A DNA stretch of 64,000 nt from Eledone cirrhosa (lineage: Eukaryota), in assembly GCA_964016885.1 (NCBI GenBank), contig OZ024758.1, positions 3,162,001 through 3,226,000 on the forward strand, in the 5' to 3' direction. The notes under the pieces were generated by a model, which worked only from the letters and a program-made list of their open reading frames with translations, had not been told where the DNA came from and did not search any database. Positions within the stretch are counted from its first letter, which is position 1. Every line of letters starts with the position of its first letter. The position numbers and the translations under genes are program-made. Below, one piece after another: positions 26,546 to 43,133 of the stretch.

Positions 26546-28142
26546 CCAAGTGCCCGATGTGGGGTCAGCTTGGAAGAGCCTCCTCTAATATACAGTAACT
26601 GGACCCTGAAACCAATGTTTGTTCATACATGCTAAATGTGTGAAACCTTATTTATACTTGCAATAGATTCATCATTGTTTTCCTTGATCTTTCCTCTACA
26701 TATATCCTGCATAGACACACACAAACAAACACATAGATTTTTTTATGCTTATGTATGTTACATAAATACAAAAGCTTTCTTGTATAGTAAAATAATCTGA
26801 AAAATAAATAAGATACAAATTTTCAACGATAAGCAAATGAACCTGCCTGACACAGCGATATCTTACAGTTATCACATATTTGTTATTTGGCGTTTCCAAA
26901 GAGTTCTTTGAATTGGTAAATCTTCTCTGAAGCTAAAACCGTGGTAAATGCTTCGTATTTTTATCACCCAACTGGAACATATCAATTTTCTTTCTGCTTT
27001 AATGTGCGAGTTTTTCTCAATGTCCCTATGTATCCATGTCACATCATTCCTCACGCCAATATATGTATCTGAAGCGTAATTAGTGTTAAAACCTCCCATT
27101 CTTAATTCCCGTAAAATATACAATTTTAGACAAAATAATTAATTCACTAAACGTTACTTTGGCATTAGCATATTTAATTAAGAGAGCATTGGAAAACTAA
27201 TTAATAAAATCGATATTAACCAATAACTAATGTTATATTCATTTCTGCGGCAACTAGATGAGACAATTTCAGCCATATTCCGAGTAAATAATGATCATAC
27301 CAGCTATGTTTTGTCTTCAGTATACTTGGCACATTAGTGTTATATATGTAAGTAAATGATTAAACATGATTCTCGTTTGGTTGGAATATGTATGTCAGTT
27401 ATGTAGACAGTCTAGACAATTCAAAATTGTGTACGCCAAACATTGTATTCTCCATTGTATAATATTGTGAATTTTCATACAAATTCTTTAAATGCTGCCT
27501 CGAGATATGCTTGCATGCTTTCTTATGCTTGTGACGGTGTTCCCCCAGAATGGGTTGCACTGGCTCCAGCGAAGAAATTCAAAGTTCATTTCAAATGTTT
27601 TCTTTTGGGCAAAAGTTCTCACAGGAATTACATACGTGCAGGTATATGCAATCGAAGCATTGCATTGGTTATAGAGCCGAGCTCTCGCGTATACATAAAA
27701 TCCAATTTGGTGGAGCCGTTTCCACAAAGAGTCTCATTAGAAGAACTTTGGCCAGCCTATTCGAGGCATTGTGTAAGCCAACAGGAGTTCACTCAACTGC
27801 CTATCTCAGGCATACTGAACTTCGAGAGGTACAAAATATAATCTTACGAATATACTGATGTTATATTTCTTTAAAGCATTTTTATAGGTGTATTTGTAAA
27901 GATTCCTACATTTAAATGGGACGGCAAAGATAACTGGACTTTATTATAGAGATATCTTCTTTATAACGTTCCTTGTTTATAAAACAATGTTTATCAATAT
28001 CAAAATATATAGGACATTAAATGTTTTTGATATTCCTGTAATAAGATAGCTATAACAAATGCTTTTTTCCCTTCGCATGTGTAAGTGCTTCAGTCAATTT
28101 GCCTTTTAAAGATTCTCATACCTTCAATATAAATAGATAGTC

Positions 28143-28462
28143 CTCCAACAGCCAACATTAGAAAGAGAAGTGTCCAATAACAGCTTCAAATCAAAGAGCC
28201 TATAGTGCTATATCAACGATGTAAATGCTGTACTGGAATCTCTAATGGTAATAGAGAATTTAACGTGAATCCAGTCTGAGTGCGTATAGATTAATATACA
28301 TAATTTACCGCCAATTACATATATATATATATTTATATATGTATGTATATATATATATATATATATAAGATAGTATGAACTTCAACAGCCAGCATTAGAA
28401 AGGAAGTGTCCAATAATAGTTTCAAATCATCGAGCCTGCAGTACTATACCATCGATGTGGAT
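28143..28462 (+). repeat. Diverged ~85-bp direct repeat pair
   Basis: caacagccaacattagaaagagaagtgtccaataacagcttcaaatca at ~28146 versus caacagccagcattagaaaggaagtgtccaataatagtttcaaatca at ~28383. Confidence 0.75.
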
Positions 28463-28474
28463 ATATGTGTGTGT

Positions 28475-28492
28475 ATATATATATATGTATAT

Positions 28493-28549
<57 letters not shown>

Positions 28550-29343
28550 ATATATATATAATATATATATAATATATATATATAATATATATATATAATA
28601 TATATATAATATATATATATAATATATATATAATATATATATAATATATATATAATATATAATATATAATATATATATATAATATATATATATAATATAT
28701 ATATATATATATAATATATAATATATATATATAATATATATAATATATATATATATAATATATATATATAATATATATATATAATATATATATATAATAT
28801 ATATATATAAAATATATATATATAATATATATCTAAAATATATATATATAAAATATATATATATAATATATATCTAAAATATATATATATAAAATATATG
28901 AAAAATATATATATAAAATATATATATAAAATATATATATATAAAATATATATATATAAAATATATATATATAATATATATATATAATATATATATATAT
29001 ATAATATATATATATATAATATATATATATATAATATATATATATATATAATATATATATATATAATATAATATATATATATATAATATAATATATATAT
29101 ATATAATATATATAATATATATAATATATATATATATAATATATATAATATATATATATATAATATATATATATATAATATATATATATATAATATATAT
29201 ATAAAATATATATATAATATATATATATATATAATATATATATAAAATATATATATATATATATAATATATATATGAAATATATATATATATATATGAAA
29301 TATATATATATAATATATATATATATAAAATATATATATATAT

Positions 29344-29376
<33 letters not shown>

Positions 29377-29378
29377 AC
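28475..29378. repeat. Long interrupted (TA)n/(TATAA) microsatellite
   Basis: Direct reading. Confidence 0.95.
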
Positions 29379-29819
29379 AGCAGACAGAACCAAAAATGAT
29401 AAAATGAATAATAATAAATATAAATATAATAATAATAATGATAATAAAATAACTCACCTATTAGATACAAAGATAGTTTAATACTATATGGAAAAGTAGA
29501 TTTTCCATTGGCGCAATAAAGACGTATGTTATGACAGGCGCGATCTTAAATACGACAGATTCCCTAAAGATTTCTCTTCGTAATTGAGGTCTGAAAACTC
29601 GGCAAGGATGGAGTTCATATGTTAATGGAAATAGACTTTGAAAATGCCTCAAGGCGGACGTAATTCTTTTGTCCTGACAAATTTTATTAAAATAAGTCAT
29701 AGGAATTAATAATATTTTCGTAGAATGGTAGGGTGGTAGACACACAGAGTCACACATACACACACATATGTATACATAAACATGCATACATACAGAATCG
29801 TCTCTTTTGGCGACTATTA

Positions 29820-32135
<2,316 letters not shown>

Positions 32136-32387
32136 CGGAGGTTTGAAATCATAGCTAGTCCCAGTGTTATTTGAAGACATGACATGGAGCCTCATGTGGT
32201 GGTGATTCTTTGGTAATGACGAAAAAAGATACGATACCAAATAGAAGAGGCTCTACATGGGATTCCTTCGAATGGACTAGGAGTAACCTTACTTGATAGA
32301 ATGCTTAGATCGGACCAGGGAATTGTTCCAGGAATGGCTGCTTTTATGAATTGAGAGATACCTCTGATATTGTTCTTGTTAGAATAA

Positions 32388-32862
32388 GACGAAGAAGGAG
32401 AAGAAGAAGAAGAAAAAAAAAGGAAAAAGAAAAATGAAAAAAAGAAGCAAAGATGAAGAAAAAGATGAAAAGGAAACAAAGGACGAAGAACAAGAGGAAA
32501 TAGAACGACAAAAAGAAAAAAAAGAAAAAAAAGAAAAGAAAAAAAGAAACAAAAGAAAAAAAAGAAAAAAAAAAGAAACAAGAAACAAGAAACAAGAAAC
32601 AAGAAACATGAAAAAAGAAAAACGAAAATAGAAAAAAGAAAAACGAAACTAGAAAATAGAAAATAGAAAATAGAAAATAGAAAAAAGAAAAAAGAAAATA
32701 GAAAAAAGAAAAAAAAAAAAAAAAGAAAAAAGAAGAAAAAAAGAAAAAAGAAAAAAGAAAAAAGAAAAAAGAAAAAAGAAAAAAGAAAAAAGTAAAAAGA
32801 AAAAAGAAAAAAGAAAAAAGAAAAAAGAAAAGAGAAAAAAAAAGAAAAAAAATGAAAAGAAG
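32388..32862. repeat. Polypurine (GAAAAAA)n/(GAA)n low-complexity tract
   Basis: Direct reading. Confidence 0.95.
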
Positions 32863-33754
32863 TCATTTTTCATTGCTTTATTCTATCGCCTCTTTACATC
32901 GGAACGGTATATAGTATTTTCTTCTTCAAACTATACGGTAACATTTCGATATGTACATCAGTGTATTCTTCAACGACAAGGAAACACTCTATCTTAATAA
33001 TTGTGATACTGGCCTACTCTTCACTCAAGCATCTCAAATGTGGTAGAAAAACAATTCACACATTTCATTCGCATATATTTGAAATTTTCCATTTTACTGC
33101 TAAGACAATAGAACTATGTTTACGTATGATTAAATAGCAATTAAATCTCGCTTTGTCAACGCTTTGATATTAAGGAATTAATCCAGCTAAACTGTTCACT
33201 TTGTAGATATTGGCTTCTTTGAATATATTGACGTGTTATTTTCAATCTAATTATTACATAGTTGACTACACTTCTAATTAAAGATTTGTTTAGTATTTCG
33301 TTTGATTCAAATCCAACAGATTTTGTTTTAATTCATCCAGAATTTATTTCAGTAAGCTAGTTAACGTTGGAGTGAGCAACACATGCTCCTGGAGTTGAGG
33401 GTTATAAAACAACCAATTTGTAACGCCTCCCCACTATTGTCGATTTTGATTGTTGAATTCGTATTATTAATTTTTTTTACACGATTGTATTTAAAATACC
33501 CGCCATATGACTTTATATTGTTCCCTTTTCTTTTGCGCCCTTGTGGCAAATAAAGACATATATCTAGTCATTATAGATACATGGAAGACAAAGTTTGCTA
33601 TGAGGGTTCGGTCTCATTTTTATCAAGAGAATAACCAGGAATTTATTGATACAATCTTAGCATATTTTTCATATTTGCAGGCAGGCAGTGTTACGTCAAA
33701 CAATGGAAAGATATGACAAACATCCGCTAACATTTCGGGTCTTTCTCCTCGGAC

Positions 33755-33840
33755 TTTGAAATCAGAACGTAAAGAACCGTAACAGTATGCCTCTGAGCAT
33801 AGTTTCCGACGCTCTACCGATGTTACTAATCCACCGCCAA
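33755..33840 (-). mobile_element. MetaSINE 5' head fragment
   Basis: ccgacgctctaccgatgttactaatccaccgcc matches the family head. Confidence 0.6.
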
Positions 33841-34809
33841 TAATAATAAAAAAACAGAAAGAGATATATTGGAAAACGAAATTTGTTCATCTACTCTATT
33901 GAGAAATACATCTTACTGATAAACTATATCAGAGAATGATCGTGAATATAATAGAGAATAGTGAGTGAAATCATATACACATTGATATCACATTTCTTAA
34001 ATATAGTTCGGATCGTAAATGTGTATATTATGTCCAGTACATTTAATATACGAGAATACATTTCTACAACTGTTGGTAAGCTAATTCAACAATAATTATA
34101 TTGTAATAGATACAACAATTCAATATTATCATTTCTTAGCTACACATTATAGAATTAATGATTCCATCTACATAGTTCAGCGAAATACTATCTAGTATCT
34201 TTATGTTCACTTAAATGTGGATAACAAAAACAGTCAATTACTTAATGACATATGTATTAACACCCACGCATTTAATTAATGTTTTCAGACAACATATAAT
34301 TAATATTTCTCTATCTAATGCAGCAACAATAAATATTTGCTTCGTTTTAGTTTCTTTTATACATCACCTTCAATCTAATTTAATTATTTCAATTTTAGTG
34401 TCACATCTGGAATGAAACTTGTTATTAGATTAATGTCATTTTGTCGACGTTTAGCGAGCCTGTGTTTGAGGAAAATCAATTACATCCCGTAGCTTTTGTT
34501 TACCACATTGTAGAAATAGCACGATAGCATAGCTAAGGTGTGTACATTATAATCATTAGGTTCCAGCTTCGATCTCATTGTGTGGCATCATGGGAAAGTG
34601 ACAATTACCATAGCAACGGGTCTGCCCACGGTTTGGGAGTGAATTTATGCGGACAAAGCCTTCGCCTTAGATAGAAAGTGTCTCAAATACTGAGAACCAT
34701 ATTAATCACTTATTATATCACACTAACTCTCCCTGCGAATCATGTTCATGTTACTTGAGCCCATGGTATGCTCAGACATGTAGGCATTAATTCCATATTA
34801 TAATTACTC

Positions 34810-35010
34810 ATTCGGACATATGACCATAAGGTTGTGGGTTCAATTCCTAGACTAGTAGTATTGTGGTAAGGACACACGACACTTTATTTCATGCTGCTCC
34901 TTTGTACTCAACTGAAAATGAGTACTAGCAATAGCTGAGAGTTTAACCCTACGATGGTCTGGCGTCTTGATCTGGGGGGAGTATTGTACTCTCAGTCGCT
35001 TAACGCAATA
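34810..35010 (+). mobile_element. CORE-type tRNA SINE
   Basis: gggttcaattcc B box, acactttatttcatgctgctcc, aatgagtac, aaccctacgatggtctggcg. Confidence 0.7.
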
Positions 35011-35342
35011 GTATTTATTATAGTATAATAAACTTTATATTCTACTATAGGACAAATATCAGTCAGAAAATACATAATATAAAGAAATAGGAATGATCAT
35101 GCATATGCAGACATACACATATAAACACTGTTAGACACATACACGCATACCCCCAATATATATATATATATTTGAGTGTATGTTTTTATATAATATTATG
35201 CAAGTCTATGGAAGTAAATGTCTACGCATTTGTATTCACTCAAATCTCAATCAAGTCTACACCATAAATCATATATTATGAAAACAGAGATAAGTTTGAA
35301 GGTTATCATGAATACGGTTTGATGTATACGTATAGACTTAGA

Positions 35343-35389
<47 letters not shown>

Positions 35390-36519
35390 GAACACGAAAA
35401 TATATATTTATGTAAATCTCATTGTTGGCATGTACAAATAAGATATGTGTAAATCTTTATGTATATATGTGGAGAAATTTAAACCGCATTGATCAAGCTT
35501 ACGATTCTTTTTTTTCTTTCTGTGTATTTAACTGAAATCCATAAAATATATCGCTCAGATTTCAAAAATACATTGCGTACATAAATAATGTAGCTACTAT
35601 CTTGTGTACACCAATAACAACAACTATATGAATAAATATATTTCATCCAGCAAATAAATTATTAAATATTCCTGTCCATTTTATTTACACAAACAACTAC
35701 ATTTATGCATATCAATGTGCAGAACTGATAAACCTATCGAAAGTAGCAAACATTATACAGGAAATTATTGATTTAAATACTTAAGCAATGTAATACACGT
35801 TTCTTTGACATTGAAACATTTCTAGAGGGGACGAATTGTATTATTACTAACCATTTGTTCATGCTACTCTTCGACACAGCATATATATAGTATATACAAT
35901 TCTTACCGAATATTTTAATGCATTACCGTGACGCCTTTGGCATAATAATATTGTTTTACTTTCAGTTGACAAAAGAATATATTCAATGGTTTATGGGTGA
36001 AAATATGTAAATATATATATACGCACGCATCTAAATAGACATTTTGAAAATATTTCCCAATAAGGTCATGACATACTTATATCTTTAAATATCAACTGAC
36101 CACAGCTGCATGATTTCAACGTTATTCTATATATGTTTTCTGTCTGATATTCCTGAAATTAGCGTAAAGAAGATGACCTAGAGCGACCCCATAAAAGTGC
36201 CAAATCAATCAAACTTTTGAGTCCACAATTACAGCCATTGCATCTTTCGTAGGTATAGAAATACTAGATGATTTACTCATTAATGGGACCTAGCCTTCTA
36301 TTCCATTACAAGCATCTACATGAAAAACCTCTCTACTACTAGATTCCTTCTGTCTCTTATTTATTTCGGATCGCTGTATTCTTGTCAGCTTTGTTCAATT
36401 CGACAATATACTGACGAGGTCCTCCCTGAAATACCTTACGCACATTCTGCGATAATTAACTGCCTACATAAGTTTACTTTCAGAAAGTTCTCTTCTTTAC
36501 AGATGAAAACACTCTATAC

Positions 36520-36755
36520 GAAGCATTACAACATGCGGCCCGGGAGGGGGGTCATGCAGCACTTTAAAAGCACATTTGCGGCCTGCACAAAGGTTTTTTA
36601 CAGTGAGTGTAATATATCATGACAAAATAGTTGTAATGTGCGCAATTAGTTGTCATGTGTGGCCATCAGACAACACATATGTGACCCATGTGGCCCTCAG
36701 ATAACATATATGTGACCCATGTGGCCCTCGGGGGACCCTCAGTTTGACATGCCTG
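36520..36755. mobile_element. hAT-Charlie-type MITE remnant with internal ~31-bp tandem repeat
   Basis: Right TIR gtttgacatgcctg, degenerate left end with tgcggccc, near-TSD ctctatac / tcctatac. atgtgacccatgtggccctc is repeated internally. Confidence 0.6.
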
Positions 36756-37839
36756 TCCTATACTACTCTTTGATAATTCCCAATCTTCTATATACAAGCA
36801 TCATCCATATGCTATTGGAATTATTTATGCCAAATCTGTAATAACAGAATAGAAAGAGACAATGGAAATATCCTTTAGTAAAATCACCTTTTTTGTAATT
36901 CAAACGAACAATTACTATATAGTATTATCCTACATACATAATGAGTACCTTCAGGGAAACCCACACGACTGCTATTTTCATACTTAAGGAAGCACTCGCA
37001 AAATAGCAAATATTTCATCTCAATTATTAGACATTTTCTTAACTATTCAGCTGTCATTTAATAATAATTATCTAAAAATGTAGACTACCTGGACATCAAT
37101 CGAATATATAACACCCAACACACTCACTGCCTTAGAATTATATAGGGAACAGCACATTTAGAATATGAGGGTCTTCTCTATCTGCCCTTACCATTACTAT
37201 ACGAGAAACGTTTTTTAATTCATAATGCAACGTTTTCCTAACCCCAATGATATCTCCAGAATGTTATCTCCTAGCACATTTGAAAATAAGGGTTAATTAC
37301 GTAGATGTGACGAGTCCCATTATTTATCCCAAAGCCATGAATACAACAGATAAGATAGAAAAGGGAAACAAAAGAAAGTATTTCAAAACAAATATGTTCC
37401 TATCTCTAATTCATTAATTTCCACATTCATCACAGGTATTCCATCTCTAGACCAACTTATATATTATTAGTTTTTGTTGTTTAGCTATTACACAAAATGT
37501 ACATTTAGAATCCAGAACGCTTTTGATATCGACAGAAATTAATATCGTTTCATGAGATGTTTGAATGAATTCAAACAAGAGAATATAATTTTAATTATAT
37601 TTTTAATGTTTCGAGTTATTGTATTTTGACTAAAGGCAGCAGTGCACTAGTAATAATAACAGCCTGATTCCTATCTAATAAACTACTAACATAAAATGGT
37701 TTGTATATACCAACTCGCTTTATACAGCTCCGCACAAATACATCCACACACTATATCCATATCTATACAGCTATCTATCTATCTATCCATCTATGAGCAT
37801 CCATATATGTGCATATATCTATCCACCTATGTGTATCCA

Positions 37840-38115
37840 TCTTCGCCTTTCATCCTTACGCGGTCGATAAAATAAAGTACCAGTAATGCACTCGGATAAT
37901 TGCTTGCCTTGTGCCAACATTAGAAACCATTATCAATACTTAGTAAGGGCCATAAACACCATGTTTTGCAGCATACATTTCTCTCCTTTTATTTCTGAGT
38001 TCAAATCCCACCGAGGGAAACTTTCCCTTTCATCCTTACGAAGAGATCGATAAAATAAAGTACCAGTAATGCACTGGATTAATTGATGGTCTTGTGCCAC
38101 AATTAGAAACAATTA
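37840..38115 (+). mobile_element. Two tandem MetaSINE fragments
   Basis: Two ctttcatccttacg...cgataaaataaagtaccagtaatgcact units. Confidence 0.8.
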
Positions 38116-38626
38116 TTGGAAAGGAGTAGTTTGTTTTAAATATTGCTTTTGAATTTGTATATTTTAAAATAATAAAAATTAATTCATATAAATATCTTGA
38201 CATTACGTTTTAATGTTTAATTTGACTGGCTTCAAAAGATGAGAGTTCTTTGGATGTAAGGAGATATTTACAAATGTTTCCTCACTTGTTGCTGTGATAC
38301 ATCTTTCTATATATGAATAGACACTCGGCAAACTAATGTAAAATATAAAATCCTGAATAAAGATTGATATTATTTGGTTTCATACAAGAGTAATGTGAAT
38401 TAGAAATGTTCAATCTTGACCCTGATAAAATCTTACTAGACAGTATGCCAACATAATCTAAATAGTAGAATCCAAATTGCTGAAAATAACGAAAAAGAGA
38501 AAAAAAGTAATGTATTAAGCCAGGAAACGAAACTTAATTAATAAAAAACGAAAAGGAATGTAGCAAACAATGAAATATATCAAAGCATCTTTTCTGTAGA
38601 TACACATCACATGTAAATGTATGTGA

Positions 38627-38779
38627 TTTCCTTTACGCACCATAGGCGGTGAGCTGGCCAGCCGCAGGTGTGAGCCTGACGAGTTCGAATGGCTTTTCAA
38701 GCAGGTTTCCCTCGCCGTCCTTCGGGGAAACGCCTTTGTCATTCTGTCAGCAGGGGCTGTGGGGAAGCCACCAATATGA
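38627..38779 (+). pseudogene. C-terminal fragment of a CRE-like non-LTR retrotransposon (REL endonuclease region)
   Basis: Translates to LRTIGGELASRRCEPDEFEWLFKQVSLAVLRGNAFVILSAG, matching the CRE-type terminal motif IG..L....G.P....L.Q..S.A..RGNA..IL. Confidence 0.7.
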
Positions 38780-40054
38780 TTGCCTGACTTGTCATTTCAT
38801 CAGTCAACTGTTGTTGTCGTTAACATCTGTCAGTCTTTTATACATAATACTAGGAATATAGCAAAACCTTCCACTACAGCGTACAAAGGTGCATGTTGAT
38901 ACAAACAACAATGTGAAAGCCATTGACGTAATGTTGAAGGGAAAATGTTGACTCCTATTGAATCAATAATGAAACATTCTTTCGTTAATTCTGAGGTGAG
39001 CTCATTCTTATTTCTTAATATAATTCTCTTATTGGCATTATATTTAGTTATCTTTGCTCTTCTGATATTTATATACTGTGCAATTTAGAGAAGACATGTA
39101 ATTACCATTTACTAACCGGTCAATGTATTGTAGAATAATATAAAGATTAATTTTCAATTTGCCAAGCTCTTGTTCACTGTTGAATTTATATTAAACGTAT
39201 AACAATGTTCGTGACAATTCCGATTTCGACGATCGTCAAATTGAATTTAAAGTGGAAAACAATAAAAACAGAGTAAATTTATCGGTCTTACTGTTTCTAC
39301 AAACATAAAATAAATTGTGTGCATTTATCTTATAATACTGCTATCTATGTGTATTCATTTGTAGTTATTTACATGTGAAATTATCAAACGACGCTAAATA
39401 ATTGTGCATTTTGTATATTTTACACGAATCCGAAAACGTGTGTCTAGAATAAAACAGTTTTAGATGAAGTTAGTTTTTCAAGATACAAATAGCAGATGAT
39501 GTAAACAAAAGAAATAAATAGAAAATAGACAATGTGGATAGCTCGTTAAGAATCAACTGTTCGAACAGAATCACTGGCGGAAAACATAGTGAGCTTTAAA
39601 AATATTCTTAGTTGTTTTCATACACATTCCATGAGTTAGCAAACGAAGTTATATACTGCTTGAAAGAACATTTATTTCTTATTTACTGTCAAGATTTTTG
39701 CCAAATGAAATCTATTAACTTAAACACATCGTTTAGTTAGCAAACATGTGTTCTTCTCATTAATATTAGCAGAGTTGACGCCACATTTCAAAGACAAAAT
39801 CGAATAACTAATTGTTGTTTTCCATCTTATATTCTCTAAAAATATTTACAGCCTAATAGTGCAAAACCTAAGATTTGATTCAAGGCATCAATCAGTGTAC
39901 AGACTCCATAACTAGATTGTTTATACCAATAAAACTGTTGTCCTTTGCCAAATACACCAATTCATTTATTCGTGTCAAGAGCAGTCTTACTATACTACTG
40001 TGTATAAGTATATGATTGTGATTGCGAGATACCTTGTGTATGTGCATGCATTCA

Positions 40055-40764
40055 TATATATATAATATATAATATATAATATATATATAATATATAATAT
40101 ATAATATATAATATATAATATATAATATATAATATATAATATATAATATATATATATAATATATATATATAATATATAATATATAATATATATATATAAT
40201 ATATATATATAATATATATATATAATATATATATATAATATATATATATAATATATATATATAATATATATATATAATATATATATATAATATATATATA
40301 TAATATATATATATAATATATATATAATATATATATATAATATATATATATAATATATATATATAATATATATATATAATATATATATATAATATATATA
40401 TATAATATATATATATAATATATATATATATAATATATATATATAATATATATATATAATATATATATATAATATATATATATATAATATATATATATAA
40501 ATATATATATATAATATATATATATATAATATATATATATAATATATATATATAATATATATATATATAATATATATATATAATATATATATATAATATA
40601 TATATATAATATATATATATAATATATATATATAATATATATATATATAATATATATATATAATATATATATATAATATATATATATAATATATATATAT
40701 AATATATATATATAATATATAATATATACATATAATATATATATAATATATATATATATATAAT

Positions 40765-40798
<34 letters not shown>

Positions 40799-41143
40799 AT
40801 ATATATATATAATATATATATATATAATATATAATATATATATATATATATAATATATATATAATATATATATAATATATATATAATATATATATAATAT
40901 ATATATAATATATATAATATATATATAATATATATATATATATATTAATATATATATATAATATATATATAATATATATAATATATATATAATATATAAT
41001 ATATATATAATATATATATATATAATATATATATATATAATATATATATAATAATATATATATATAATATATATATATAATATATATATATAATATATAT
41101 ATATAATATATATATATAATATATATATATAATATATATATAT

Positions 41144-41191
<48 letters not shown>

Positions 41192-41251
41192 TATAAATAA
41201 TATATATATATAATATATATATATAATATATATATATAATATAATATATAA
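40055..41251. repeat. About 1.2-kb (TA)nA interrupted microsatellite
   Basis: Direct reading. Confidence 0.95.
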
Positions 41252-41461
41252 TAACGAAGGAAATGTGGTAAGGAACCAGGTGGACCATAACGCACCAAAG
41301 TACTCAATACTTGAGGTAGTAGAGTGGGTAATAGGATCCAGTAAGACCCCGACAGCTGAGCTCAAGCCGTTTCGACGGCTAATTCTGGACTCCTTGTTCT
41401 TGTCCAGAATTAGCCGTCGAGACGGCTTGAGCTCAGCTGTCGGGGTCTTACTGGTTCCTAT
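41252..41461. mobile_element. Foldback element family E (tail plus 130-bp near-perfect hairpin) embedded in (TA)n
   Basis: Palindrome 41331-41461. Minus arm reads GAAACGGC-uugagcuca-GCUGUC-GGGGUC (hammerhead 3' half with GUC). Related copies at 5245, 63419 and 63584. Confidence 0.7.
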
Positions 41462-41485
41462 AATATATAATATATATAATATAAT

Positions 41486-41534
<49 letters not shown>

Positions 41535-41597
41535 ATATATAAACATGTATATATATAAACATATATATATATAAACATATATATATATAAACTAGTG

Positions 41598-41720
41598 AAG
41601 GCGTGTGACTGAGTGGTTAGAGAATTGGATTTACAATCTTGAGATTGTGAGGTCGATTCCTAGACCGGGCGATGCGTTATGTCCTCGGGCAAGACACTTT
41701 ATTTCACATTACTCCTACCT
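41598..41720 (+). mobile_element. CORE-type tRNA SINE 5' part
   Basis: gtgactgagtggttagag A box, ggtcgattcc B box, gtcctcgggcaagacactttatttcac. Confidence 0.7.
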
Positions 41721-42145
41721 GGAGTTGCGACCGATAGATAGTATTAGCATTTGGAAAGACCAACGTAAACATTGTTTCCTCGATCCGATTTGACGAAAGT
41801 CGATCGATCCTTTTTTATATATTAAATGGAAATTACCTGCCCTTGAAGTATTCTTGTGTATTTTCTAAAAACCTGAAATCAACCTCTCAATGTAGCCATT
41901 GAGTTGGGGAGTGTATGCCAACGAAGCGTAAGTACCTGTATATGTCACTGTCGTAACTAATTATATTAAACTGGTCCTATGGTCCGAGTACTCTCTCTCG
42001 TGTATGGGTAACTTTCGGTAACAGGTCGATGCAGAAGCAAACCTAACCACACTTGAACGAAATTTTGTTCTGTATTTATAAACGATATATATTGAGGTTG
42101 TCCCAACTAATGTACACATATTTTGATTACCTACAGAGGCAATAT

Positions 42146-42231
<86 letters not shown>

Positions 42232-42650
42232 AATGGAGTATGATCGACAAAACGTGTAAAGCAATCTGTATATTCCCAAAAATTATTTCCAGAAAATCAT
42301 TTTTTTTAATGAAATATTATGAATACCTTACATGTTTTCCTTTATATAATAATACTTTCGCAATATTTACTTTGATAGAAAGTATGGTTACAATATAATA
42401 TTTTTAGGACCACATTTATCTGTTGTAATTCTGTAAAAACATAAATAAAACCTGCCATATATTTGGCAGGTCCCAAAAATATTATATTGTAACCATACTT
42501 TCTATCAAAGTAAATATTGCGAAAATATTATTATATAAAGGAAACCATGTGAGGTATTCAGAATATTTCATTAAAAAAAATATGATTTTCTGGAAATCAT
42601 TTTTTGGAATATACAGATCACTTTACACGTTTTGGCGATCATACTCCATT
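42232..42650. mobile_element. Foldback/MITE-like element with ~180-bp terminal inverted repeats
   Basis: aatggagtatgatcg...aatatttttaggac pairs with gtcccaaaaatatt...cgatcatactccatt. Internal mini-hairpin cctgcca-tatatt-tggcagg. Confidence 0.8.
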
Positions 42651-43085
42651 ATATTCATATACCTACGAAATTCTGAAATGTTTATTTTATAATCACAGTT
42701 CTGTCTAACTTTGTTCCAACACATTCTCAATCTCGGTACAGCCTATATAACTTTACATTTGTAATATTCTGAACATAAACGAAAGTGTTTAACAAAATAT
42801 TCTTGCAACTTATTAGCTTACATGCCATTTACTTTACAGAATGTTTTCAATAACGTAAACTGATTTACATAAACCTTCATTCTTCATTACCAGCATTGTT
42901 CCAATGCTTGTAAATATTGCATATACCCACTCTATTGCAAAAAATAATCAGGAAATTGATTAAATCATCCTTGAAATGTTCGATTTATTCACCGAATGAT
43001 ATATTTAGACATTTAATGCAATGTAAATAACATCCATATGTTCGTTTTCTTTCTCTATTTATCTTTGTATAAGCATAGAGTACTA

Positions 43086-43133
<48 letters not shown>

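Noticed and set aside
32192-32873. Phe-rich and Lys/Glu-rich ORFs
   Set aside because: Translation of the polypurine tract.
36655-36730. CRISPR-like or regularly spaced repeat
   Set aside because: A simple ~31-bp tandem duplication inside a hAT MITE with no unique spacers, in a eukaryotic context.
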